NCBI GenBank assembly: GCA_963751455.1
Contig: CAVVUN010000012.1
Location: forward strand, 1-64,000
DNA: 64,000 nucleotides
Source of the DNA: Nitrospirota bacterium
GTDB taxonomy: Bacteria; Nitrospirota; UBA9217
Reading direction: 5' to 3'
Shown here: one piece after another, positions 45,114 through 53,364 of the stretch
How the letters are laid out: each line of letters begins with the position of its first letter
Numbering within the stretch: position 1 is the stretch's first letter
Notes under the pieces: model-generated
Seen by the model: the letters and a program-made list of their open reading frames with translations, nothing else
The model's database searches: none
What the model was told of the DNA's origin: nothing
Program-made: the position numbers and the translations under genes

Positions 45114-45210
45114 GGTTACGGCGACGAGGCCCGTATCGGCGAACGTGTCAGGGTAACGTTTGTAACGAACGACTTAACCGAACAACGAGACGGGCTTCGT
45201 TACCGCAACC
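45114..45210. repeat. Intergenic palindrome
   Basis: GGTTACGGCGACGAGGCCCGT ... ACGGGCTTCGTTACCGCAACC. Confidence 0.65.
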
Positions 45211-45228
45211 GAAAGACGAAAAACAAAC

Positions 45229-46302
45229 ATGATCGATCCGGAGAAGAGACATAGATCATTCAGGCTGCTCGGCTGGGCGTTCCTGCTCGTTTCCGGCCTT
45301 CTTGTCTGGGGCGTGCTGCTGCGTTCGGGCGAAGATCCTGGCCGGGCGTGGCGCGCGCTGCTCATAAATTTTTTGTACTTTACCCCGCTCTCGGCCGGTC
45401 TCATCACGTGGTCGGCGATCGTTATTGCTGCCAACGGTCGCTGGGCAGGGCCTGCGGAGCGTCTTGCGTGGACCGGGCTCGGGTTTCTCATCCCATCGCT
45501 CATAGTCCTGGTCGCGCTCTGGATCGGCAGTCCTGATTGGGCGCCGTGGTACGGCCGCAAGTTTCATCAAGGCGCCTGGCTGAATAATACGGTACTCTTC
45601 GTCCGGGTGCTCGGCTGCCTCCTTGTTTTCTGGGCGACTGCTGTCTGGTTTCTTCTCTCCCGATTGAAGGGACGGCATCGGGCAGGGACTCCGGCTGCAA
45701 TCCTCATAATTGTGTTTTGCGTTGTGTTCACTCTTTTTTCCTTTGATCTCGTAGCGGCCCTCACTCCCGACTGGCGCAGCGCACTGTTCGGCGCATATTT
45801 CTTTATTTCGAGTCTTTACGTCGCGGCGGTATTCTGGGCGTTCCTGGCGGCCGTCAGTCCGGAGTTCGGACCGGACCTTCGTCAGGACCTCGGGAAACTG
45901 ATTCTCGCCTTCAGCATTCTCACTACTTCTTTCCTTTTTATGCAGTTGCTTACAATCTGGTATGAGAACATTCCTGAAGAGACATCGTATCTCATTGATC
46001 GGATGCATCATCCCGAGTGGCTCCGGGTCACGACCGCTCTCCTGTTCCTGGTTTACTTTGGCCCGTTGCTGTTGCTTGTAACGGAATGGTCAAAGAGAAA
46101 CCGTCCTTTCCTGGGCGGAGTATCCATTTTCCTGCTCGTCGGACTCTGGATGGAACGATGGTGGCAGGTCGCCCCGTCGTTTTCACATGAGGCGAACTTC
46201 GGATTGGTTGAGCTTGCCGCGACCGCCGCCGTCCTCGGCGGACTCGGTTTGAGCATGGAGGCGGCGCGACGAGTTCTGCCGGGATTTCCGGAAGAATCTT
46301 GA
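45229..46302 (+). CDS. ActF-like polytopic membrane subunit
   Basis: About 10 TM segments; WLN..LFVR, FSFD...PDWRSALFG, DLGKL, QLLTIWYENIPEE, WMERWW. Confidence 0.8.
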   Translation: MIDPEKRHRSFRLLGWAFLLVSGLLVWGVLLRSGEDPGRAWRALLINFLYFTPLSAGLITWSAIVIAANGRWAGPAERLAWTGLGFLIPSLIVLVALWIGSPDWAPWYGRKFHQGAWLNNTVLFVRVLGCLLVFWATAVWFLLSRLKGRHRAGTPAAILIIVFCVVFTLFSFDLVAALTPDWRSALFGAYFFISSLYVAAVFWAFLAAVSPEFGPDLRQDLGKLILAFSILTTSFLFMQLLTIWYENIPEETSYLIDRMHHPEWLRVTTALLFLVYFGPLLLLVTEWSKRNRPFLGGVSIFLLVGLWMERWWQVAPSFSHEANFGLVELAATAAVLGGLGLSMEAARRVLPGFPEES

Positions 46303-46353
46303 AAAAACAATTAGACACAGAGCGCATAGAGGTCACAGAGAATGAAACCGGCT

Positions 46354-46418
46354 TTGTAGGGCAAGGCTTTAGCCTTGCGAATATCGGAAAACCGCAACCC
46401 TGAAGGGTTGCCCTACAA
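46354..46418. repeat. GTAG-type REP doublet
   Basis: GTAGGGCAAGGCTTTAGCCTTGC ... GCAACCCTGAAGGGTTGCCCTAC. Confidence 0.8.
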
Positions 46419-46449
46419 AATCCTGAGCGAGAAAAAGAGTAGGCGAACC

Positions 46450-46989
46450 ATGAGCGAACAACCCGGAATGAAACCCGGCATCGATATTCCCGTCCAGGTC
46501 GTGCTGGGTTTGATCGCGATTATAGTGACCGGCTCGTTGATTTATGTTTTTAATTTTTACGGCAAGGGAAAGATCGGCATAGAACAGCCGGTTTTTTTCA
46601 GCCACCGCGTGCATGTGAACGACAAAAAGATCAGCTGCTTCATGTGTCATCCCGAGGCCATGACCACGGCTCGCGCCGGAATACCTGCGCTGGAAACTTG
46701 CATGCTCTGTCATGCGCGGATCGCGGTGACCTATCCCGAGATAGCGAAACTCCGCGGTTTTTACTTTGAAAAAAGACCGGTTGCGTGGAACAAGGTCTAT
46801 TATCTGCCGGATTTCGTCTATTTCAATCATTCGATGCACATCCATCGGCGGATCGACTGCAGCCAATGCCACGGCAACATGCCGCTCATGGACCGGGTGG
46901 TGAAGCAGCAGGACTTTATCATGGGCTTCTGCATCGAGTGCCACAGAAAAACGAAAGCGACGATTGATTGTTTTACTTGTCATCGATAA
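46450..46989 (+). CDS. ActA-like membrane-anchored pentaheme cytochrome c
   Basis: One TM helix; QPVFFSHRVH; CFMCH, CMLCH, CSQCH, CIECH, CFTCH; LPDFVYFNHSMH. Confidence 0.9.
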   Translation: MSEQPGMKPGIDIPVQVVLGLIAIIVTGSLIYVFNFYGKGKIGIEQPVFFSHRVHVNDKKISCFMCHPEAMTTARAGIPALETCMLCHARIAVTYPEIAKLRGFYFEKRPVAWNKVYYLPDFVYFNHSMHIHRRIDCSQCHGNMPLMDRVVKQQDFIMGFCIECHRKTKATIDCFTCHR

Positions 46990-47001
46990 AGATTCAACAT
47001 C

Positions 47002-47137
47002 ACCACGGAAACACTGAGGCACGGAGGGTCGCATAGCAACGGGACAAACAAATAATGCGGCAACATCCAAATGACAAAAAGTATAAAAAACCAAGAAATA
47101 CATTTTAATTTTCTCCGTGTCTCTGTGCCTCCGTGGT
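47002..47137. repeat. ACCACGGA-type bipartite palindrome
   Basis: ACCACGGAAACACTGAGGCACGGAG ... CTCCGTGTCTCTGTGCCTCCGTGGT. Confidence 0.85.
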
Positions 47138-47169
47138 AAATTTTGAAATTTAGCGTAACGAGGTTCTGC

Positions 47170-48558
47170 ATGCCTTCAATTTTCCATCGCCAAAACTCCG
47201 CCGCCCTCGCCTTCATCGTCACGGGCGCCTTCTGGTTCATGTCCGGAACGCTTTTCGGGCTTTTTTCGGCGATTAACCTCGTCTCTCCGGAGTTCTTTAA
47301 TAATATTCCATGGCTGGTCTTCAGCCGGGTGCGGCCGACCCATGTCGATACTGTTCTGTTCGGGTTCGTCACTACCACCTTGATCGGGTGCGGCGTGTAT
47401 TACGTGCCCGCGCTCTTGCGGACCCCTCTCTGGTCGGAACCGCTCGGATGGGTGAGTTGCATGCTGTGGAACGCGACCATGCTGAGCGCGTACTTTACTT
47501 TTCCCTTCGGCTTGAGCCAGGGACGCGAGTATGCGGAGCATCTCTGGATTTTTGACATTACCCTGGTTCTTTCCATCCTGATTCTGCTCGTAAACATTGT
47601 CATGACCATTGTGAACCGCTCTGAAAAGGCATTGTATGTCTCGATATGGTATTTCGTGGGCATGCTTATCTGGACAGCGGGCTTTTATCCCATCGGCAAC
47701 GTGATGTGGCATCCTGAAACCGGCGCTCTCGCGGGGATCATCGACCCTATCATTCACTGGTTCTACGGGCACGCCCTGCCCGGATTATTGCTGACTCCGC
47801 TTGCCGTCGGAGCTGCCTATTATGTGATCCCGCGCGTCACCCGGACGCCGATCAATTCTCATACGCTGTCTCTTGTCGGGTTCTGGACGCTTATTGCCTT
47901 TTATACGCACATCGGCGGCCACCATATCCTCCAGATCCCGATACCGAACTGGCTGAAAGTGGTAACGGTAGTGAATTCGATTACCATGACCGTGCCTGTT
48001 TTTGTCGCGCTCGCGAACCTGTGGCTCACTGCCCGGGGATACGGAGGAAGACTCCTTCATGATCCTGCGGCAAGAATCGTTACGGCAGGCACTATCTGGT
48101 ATATCCTGACTTGTATCCAGGGACCGTTCCAGTCCCTGCCTTTTGTGCAGAGGGTCACCCATTTGAACAACTGGACCATCGCTCACTCCCACATCGCGGT
48201 CCTTGGGTTCGCGGGCTTCATCGCGCTCGGCACTATGTGGCATGTGCTTCCCTATATCTTGCGGCGCCGCATCTGGTCGTCCCGGCTCGTAAATCTCCAG
48301 TTCGGCTTGGTCCTGTTCGGGCTGACCGGGTTTTTTGTCGTGCTCACCATTGCAGGGCTGGTACAGGGCGAAGCCTGGGAGAATGGAGAGGTCGTCTACC
48401 GGGTATTGCCGCAGATCATGCCGTACATGGTGGCGAGGGCCGCACTGGGAATTTTGATCATAGCCTCCGCCTTCGTCGGATTCTTTAATCTTGTCATGAC
48501 CATTAAACGGGGAGAACCGTTCGAGCCGCAACCCGTGACAAAGGAGAATGGGCCATGA
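47170..48558 (+). CDS. ccoN: cbb3-type (C-family) heme-copper oxidase subunit I
   Basis: Six His ligands in RPTH, WFYGH, YTHIGGHH and WTIAHSH; GREYAE. Confidence 0.85.
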   Translation: MPSIFHRQNSAALAFIVTGAFWFMSGTLFGLFSAINLVSPEFFNNIPWLVFSRVRPTHVDTVLFGFVTTTLIGCGVYYVPALLRTPLWSEPLGWVSCMLWNATMLSAYFTFPFGLSQGREYAEHLWIFDITLVLSILILLVNIVMTIVNRSEKALYVSIWYFVGMLIWTAGFYPIGNVMWHPETGALAGIIDPIIHWFYGHALPGLLLTPLAVGAAYYVIPRVTRTPINSHTLSLVGFWTLIAFYTHIGGHHILQIPIPNWLKVVTVVNSITMTVPVFVALANLWLTARGYGGRLLHDPAARIVTAGTIWYILTCIQGPFQSLPFVQRVTHLNNWTIAHSHIAVLGFAGFIALGTMWHVLPYILRRRIWSSRLVNLQFGLVLFGLTGFFVVLTIAGLVQGEAWENGEVVYRVLPQIMPYMVARAALGILIIASAFVGFFNLVMTIKRGEPFEPQPVTKENGP

Positions 48559-49571
48559 AGATGACGCCGGCACTGCTGATCATCGGCAGCATTTTCATGT
48601 TCTGGGCCTCTGCCTTCATCATGGTGATCCTTCCCATGCAGACGATGGAAGTTAAGCCGTCAACAATCTGGAGGCCCATGGAACAGCCTGAGAAAGAGGG
48701 CTTCCGTCTGTTTGTCAATAACGGGTGCACGTACTGCCACTCCCTCTTCGTGCGTATCAATGACTGGGGCAAAGGATCCGAGCGGATTGCCGAAGCAGGC
48801 GACTTCGTAGGCCAGGAACCGTACCTCCCCGGCACCGAACGCATTGGTCCCGATCTCTCGCAGGAAGGCGGAGAGCATCCGGATGACTGGCATAGTGCCC
48901 ATTTCAAAAATCCCCGCTACACCAGCCCTGTCTCACTCATGCCAAGCTGGGAGTTTTTGGGCGACGAGGACATCGCTAAACTGACCGCGTTCATGCAGTA
49001 TCTCGGCATGAAGGACGCCGACTCGCGCGTTGGCCGCCAGAACTCATGGAGACGGCAGTCCATCGCAGCGTTCAGCGCCGGGGTGGACGAGAACATCCAA
49101 TGGCTGCATGCGCAGGTGCCGGAGGTGTGGCAGCGGATGCCGAATCCCTACCCCGCAACAGCTTCGTCGCTGTCCAAAGGGAAGCGGATCTACCAGGATT
49201 TCTGCATCAACTGCCACGGTTCCATCGGGGACGGCCAGGGTCCTGCCGCAAAATTCCTGATGCCGCCGCCGCTCAATTTTACGACGCTCCGTCGTCACCT
49301 TATCGAGAACCGGTACATCGGAGGACTGCTCTATTACCAGATCATGAACGGCATTTCAGGGACAGCAATGCCGTATTTCAAGCGTGACCTGGAATCGGCA
49401 AAGATCTGGGACGTGTCGAATTACCTTGCAGTTTCCTTTATAGGGTATACAGACGGGAACATCGAACCCCGGGGAATCGATGCCGCGCATGAGCCCGAGT
49501 GGAAAAATGAGTATGCACCTCCCGAGATGGAGGGGGGTAATACCGGCATGCCGAAAGGAGAGAAAAAGTGA
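48555..49571 (+). CDS. CcoO-like subunit II fused to a second cytochrome c (diheme)
   Basis: GCTYCHS, GTERIGPDL, PVSLMP; second CINCH...GTAMP. Confidence 0.85.
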   Translation: MKMTPALLIIGSIFMFWASAFIMVILPMQTMEVKPSTIWRPMEQPEKEGFRLFVNNGCTYCHSLFVRINDWGKGSERIAEAGDFVGQEPYLPGTERIGPDLSQEGGEHPDDWHSAHFKNPRYTSPVSLMPSWEFLGDEDIAKLTAFMQYLGMKDADSRVGRQNSWRRQSIAAFSAGVDENIQWLHAQVPEVWQRMPNPYPATASSLSKGKRIYQDFCINCHGSIGDGQGPAAKFLMPPPLNFTTLRRHLIENRYIGGLLYYQIMNGISGTAMPYFKRDLESAKIWDVSNYLAVSFIGYTDGNIEPRGIDAAHEPEWKNEYAPPEMEGGNTGMPKGEKK

Positions 49572-49792
49572 CCTCAGGCGCCTTCTTTTTGTACTGGCTG
49601 TCCTTCACGCTGTTGATCCTGATCACCGGCGCGTTTGCCGTATACTGGGCATTTCGTGCAGGACATTTTAAAGACCAGGAGCGGGCGCGTTATCTTGCGC
49701 TGTGGGCGGAAATACCGGAAGAACCACAGGTAAAGAATAAAAATATAACCACAGGTCCCGACAAGTCGGGACACACGGATGAACACGGATAA
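49568..49792 (+). CDS. CcoS-like cbb3 oxidase maturation protein
   Basis: TM helix followed by YWAFRAGHFKDQERARY. Confidence 0.75.
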   Translation: MTSGAFFLYWLSFTLLILITGAFAVYWAFRAGHFKDQERARYLALWAEIPEEPQVKNKNITTGPDKSGHTDEHG

Positions 49793-49872
49793 GGATTATA
49801 AAATTTAAATCTTTTTAATTTGATTTTACCTGTCTTTATCTGTGTGTTTCGACAAAGTCGAAATTCGTGGTT
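49747..49872. repeat. AACCACAG/ACACGGAT palindrome with two small CGACAA(A)GTCG hairpins
   Basis: Related copy at 62029-62199; overlaps the 3' end of the ccoS-like ORF. Confidence 0.7.
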
Positions 49873-49898
49873 ACAAAAGGAGTTAAACGGAGTTAATT

Positions 49899-50171
49899 AT
49901 GTTCAATCTCGAAATATACCGGCTCCACTGGATCTGGTTCGCCCTGGGCCTGGGAGACATCCTCGTACTGCTCACGGCCCTGACCTACATCGCTATCTGG
50001 AGAAAGCGGGGCGTCGAACGCGAGGCCCAGCTCGAGATAACGAACCTCAAATCGTTTCTCATCTGGTTTCAGAAGACCTTTCCCTGGATACTGATCCTTA
50101 CGATCGCAGGGACCGGTCTGCTCGCTTTTGTCTATCCTCTTCTCAAGGCGGGGAATCCTCCGAACTGGTAG
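49899..50171 (+). CDS. Small two-TM membrane protein
   Basis: SD GGAG; two hydrophobic segments; within the operon. Confidence 0.75.
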   Translation: MFNLEIYRLHWIWFALGLGDILVLLTALTYIAIWRKRGVEREAQLEITNLKSFLIWFQKTFPWILILTIAGTGLLAFVYPLLKAGNPPNW

Positions 50172-50178
50172 GTGTGCT

Positions 50179-50457
50179 ATGGACGAAAAGGAAATTTTTG
50201 AACACTACGAAGAATACAAAGTACCCCCGCAGCTCGTGGGATGGGTGATTCTCTTTCTCTTCGGCCTTTCCTTGATGGGCTACGGGATGTGGTCTCATCA
50301 CCTGGTTCATGATCCGCCGCGCTATTGGGACCACGGAAGCCTCCCGGATACGCCGGCCCAGTCAATGTATTCTACTATGGCGCCGCCGTTGCCGATGAAG
50401 CCGGGAATGATTGTCATCAATCCCATGCCCGAGGGAAGGCCGATGGAACCGGATTAG
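50179..50457 (+). CDS. Small single-TM protein
   Basis: Hydrophobic segment followed by HDPPRYWDHGSLPDTPAQS; within the operon. Confidence 0.7.
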   Translation: MDEKEIFEHYEEYKVPPQLVGWVILFLFGLSLMGYGMWSHHLVHDPPRYWDHGSLPDTPAQSMYSTMAPPLPMKPGMIVINPMPEGRPMEPD

Positions 50458-50581
50458 TAAAAAAGCAGAATATTTTGTCCGCAGATTTACGCAGATGACC
50501 GCAGATTAAAAATTTTTCTTTTTAGATGTAATCCTGTTTTTTCCGCCTTTATCTGCGTCCAACATATATAAAGGAGTATTT

Positions 50582-51142
50582 ATGAAGTGGCTTTTCGCCG
50601 GAATTGCTCTCATAGGGGTAGGCGGCCTCCTGTATTTTTATATAATGTTTCAGGGCCCCCGCATGCAGGTGCAGCCGAATATCAAGGCTTACGAGCAGAC
50701 CATGCCCCTGCCGCCTTTGGGGATCGTGCCGGTTGAGCCTGATTCAAGAGCTGTGCCTGCCGCAGAGCAGGCATCCCGAATACGAAATCCCCTGCCGGAT
50801 ACAGCGCAGAACCGCGATCGCGGGAAAATCTACTACGGGTACTACTGCGTTTTTTGTCATGGACAGAACGGCCAGGGTGACGGGCCCGTCGGCTACAGCT
50901 ACATGCCCGCGCCGACCGATTTACACCACAATAAAGTAACGAGCAAAACCGATGGCGAACTGTTGAGAGGCATGCTGACAGGCATCGGCCACGAACCCGT
51001 CCTTCCCCGTATCGTACTTCCTGAACACCGCTGGTACCTCGTCACCTATATCCGTGCCCTGGGCAATACGCAGAGGATGCCTGTAGAAAATCCGGGCGCG
51101 TCAGTGGTTACTAAAAGCCGAGCCCCAAATGAGCACCGATGA
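50582..51142 (+). CDS. ActE-like monoheme cytochrome c
   Basis: MQVQPNIKAYE, PPLGIVP, RGKIYYGYYCVFCHG, RWYLVTYIRAL. Confidence 0.8.
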   Translation: MKWLFAGIALIGVGGLLYFYIMFQGPRMQVQPNIKAYEQTMPLPPLGIVPVEPDSRAVPAAEQASRIRNPLPDTAQNRDRGKIYYGYYCVFCHGQNGQGDGPVGYSYMPAPTDLHHNKVTSKTDGELLRGMLTGIGHEPVLPRIVLPEHRWYLVTYIRALGNTQRMPVENPGASVVTKSRAPNEHR

Positions 51143-51732
51143 AGAAAATAGCGAAGTCTATGCCTACGATGTTCACGATCGGCCATTCTACGCGGTCTCT
51201 GGAGGAGTTTGTAGAACTGCTGAAAGCGCACGACATTGATTTGGTCGTGGACGTGAGGACCATCCCTAAATCACGTTTCAATCCTCAATATAACAGCGAT
51301 ACGCTCGAAGCCGGCCTGAAAGAGCAGAATATCGGTTACATCCATATTCCTGAGCTGGGCGGCCTGCGTCACGCCAGGAAAGATTCGGTTAATACGGCCT
51401 GGGCAAACGCTTCATTTCGCGGATTCGCCGACTATATGCAGACCGAGGAGTTTGAACGCGGATTGGACGGGCTCATACGGAACGCGGCGGGAAGACAGGT
51501 TGCCATCATGTGCGCGGAATCGGTCCCGTGGCGATGCCACCGCTCCCTCATTGGTGATGCACTGCTTGTTCGTGGGATCACGATACTGGACATCATGAGC
51601 AGGACAAGCGTGAAAGAACACTCGCTCACGCCTTGGGCGGCTGTGAATGATGGGAATAGAATAACCTATCCCGGACCTCAGCCGGCTGCTACAGCGGTCC
51701 GGCGCAAACAGAAAAGGGCTCCTCAAAATTAA
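51139..51732 (+). CDS. DUF488 family protein
   Basis: TIGHSTR, VDVRTIPKSR, LGGLR, MCAESVPWRCHRSLI. Confidence 0.92.
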   Translation: MKKIAKSMPTMFTIGHSTRSLEEFVELLKAHDIDLVVDVRTIPKSRFNPQYNSDTLEAGLKEQNIGYIHIPELGGLRHARKDSVNTAWANASFRGFADYMQTEEFERGLDGLIRNAAGRQVAIMCAESVPWRCHRSLIGDALLVRGITILDIMSRTSVKEHSLTPWAAVNDGNRITYPGPQPAATAVRRKQKRAPQN

Positions 51733-51843
51733 ATTCGCTACGCCTTCTTACATAACTCGGTTTGTAACTTGCTTACCTTCGATATTGACTACCTAGAGAA
51801 ATCCCTATATAGTTATCTATATATAGTTTTTGAAGGAGGAGAT

Positions 51844-52104
51844 ATGGCGAGCGCTACTAAGCAGGCTAATTTTTTACTGCCTGAAGACCTGCTGGATGAA
51901 CTAAAGAGGACCGTCGACAAGCGTCAGCAGAGCAAGGTCGTGTCCGAAGCTCTCCGCAAAGAACTCAAACGGATCAAACTGGCAAAGGCATTCGAGGTGA
52001 GCTTTGGCGCCTGGAAAGACAAGGACCACCCGGAAATGCGGGAAGGAGCCGCCATCTATGTCAGGAGGCTGCGTAAATCGACACGGGGGAAAAAGGGCCG
52101 ATGA
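51844..52104 (+). CDS. Putative VapB-type (RHH) antitoxin
   Basis: ANFLLPEDL...QSKVVSEALRKEL...FGAWKDKDHPE; promoter TTGACT(51785)-17 bp-TATAGT overlapped by a CTATATA/TATATAG palindrome. Confidence 0.8.
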   Translation: MASATKQANFLLPEDLLDELKRTVDKRQQSKVVSEALRKELKRIKLAKAFEVSFGAWKDKDHPEMREGAAIYVRRLRKSTRGKKGR

Positions 52105-52481
52105 AAAATGTTCTTGTTGATACCGACATTCTGATCCATTTTCTCCGTGGTAACGTGAAGGCCCGTAATATTCTATCCGGCCTTCTTGAAGACGCCGACA
52201 TCTTTTGTTCCGTCATTACCGTCGCGGAGATCCATGCCGGAATGAAGTCTCATGAGCGAGAAAAGACCCTCGGACTGCTGGACAGTCTGACAGTTCTCGA
52301 CATTACAGTAAAAATAGCTGAAAAAGCCGGGCAGTACAAACGAAGCATCAAGAGCCAAAGCCTTGAGCTTGATGATTGTTTTATTGCTGCTACTGCTCAT
52401 GAAAAGAATGCACTTCTCTTGACCGGGAATGGAAAGCATTACCCGATGAACAATGTCGACAAGAAAGTCGTCATAGTTTAA
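52101..52481 (+). CDS. VapC PIN-domain toxin
   Basis: LVDTDILI, ITVAEI, DDCFIAATA, TGNGKHYP. Confidence 0.92.
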   Translation: MKNVLVDTDILIHFLRGNVKARNILSGLLEDADIFCSVITVAEIHAGMKSHEREKTLGLLDSLTVLDITVKIAEKAGQYKRSIKSQSLELDDCFIAATAHEKNALLLTGNGKHYPMNNVDKKVVIV

Positions 52482-52694
52482 TCCTCTACAGTCGTTGTTT
52501 CCCACAAACTGAGAAAAGATGAAGAAGTACGGCATGAGGAGGTAAAAGTACTTCCTGTACTACACATCTTCGACGATTAGGCTAAAAAGAGATATCAACA
52601 TGAAAATAGCTGGAAGCCGTCTAACCAAATCATAGAAACCATCAGGGATATGATTTTCAAGGGGTAGAATCATAATTAGCCAGAAAATCGTAAC

Positions 52695-52737
52695 TTATAA
52701 TATCTCTTGACGATAATATCCAATTGAGATAATATAA
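52695..52737 (+). promoter_or_regulatory. higBA promoter/operator
   Basis: TTGACG-17 bp-TAATAT bracketed by an 11/12 inverted repeat TTATAATATCTC / GAGATAATATAA. Confidence 0.65.
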
Positions 52738-52742
52738 CCCCA

Positions 52743-53024
52743 GTGATTAAATCCTTCAAAAGCAGAGAGGCCGAAAAGATATTCCGTGGTCGGTTCTCCT
52801 CTAAATTGCCACAGACTATTCAGCGGGCCGCCGCGATAAAGCTGGAAATGCTTCATGCCGCGACAGTCCTCGATACTTTGCGGATCCCACCGGCAAACCA
52901 TCTTGAGGAATTGAAAGGCGAAAGAAAGGGGCAGCATAGTATCCGCATCAATAAGCAGTGGAGAATTTGTTTTACATGGAAAGGCAGCGATGCCTTCGAC
53001 GTTGAAATTGTTGATTATCATTAA
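52743..53024 (+). CDS. higB: HigB (RelE/ParE family) toxin
   Basis: MIKSFK, PPANHLEELKGERKGQHSIRINKQWRICF, VEIVDYH. Confidence 0.95.
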   Translation: MIKSFKSREAEKIFRGRFSSKLPQTIQRAAAIKLEMLHAATVLDTLRIPPANHLEELKGERKGQHSIRINKQWRICFTWKGSDAFDVEIVDYH

Positions 53025-53036
53025 AGAGGTGTGAAT

Positions 53037-53348
53037 ATGAAGACGAAAAAGCGTGATTTTCCTCCCATTCATCCCGGTGAAATACTGGTTGCTGAATTCC
53101 TGGAGCCAATGGGAATCAGTCAGTACAGACTTGCAAAAGACATTGGAGTAACCCCCCGCCGTATCAATGAAATCGTACATGGCCGCCGCTCTATTTCCGC
53201 CGATACCGCGTTGCGCCTGAGCCATTTTTTCGGGATGGAAGCGCAGTTTTGGCTCAATCTGCAAGCCAGATACGATATGGAAGTAGCCAAGGAGGAACTT
53301 CACGATAAGATCATCAAGGAAGTACGTCCCTACTCCCGCGTCGCATAA
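53037..53348 (+). CDS. higA: HigA antitoxin
   Basis: PIHPGEIL, GISQYRLA, RINEIVHGRRSISADTALRL, FWLNLQARYD. Confidence 0.95.
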   Translation: MKTKKRDFPPIHPGEILVAEFLEPMGISQYRLAKDIGVTPRRINEIVHGRRSISADTALRLSHFFGMEAQFWLNLQARYDMEVAKEELHDKIIKEVRPYSRVA

Positions 53349-53364
53349 TCATCCGAAATCCAAC

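Noticed and set aside
47170-48558. Nitric oxide reductase (cNOR/qNOR) call
   Set aside because: It lacks the HLWVEG-type Glu and retains the helix-VII Tyr of C-family oxidases.
52600-52680. attC site starting at GTCTAAC
   Set aside because: No properly complementary GTTRRRY end or L boxes; kept only as a weak hint in the TA finding.
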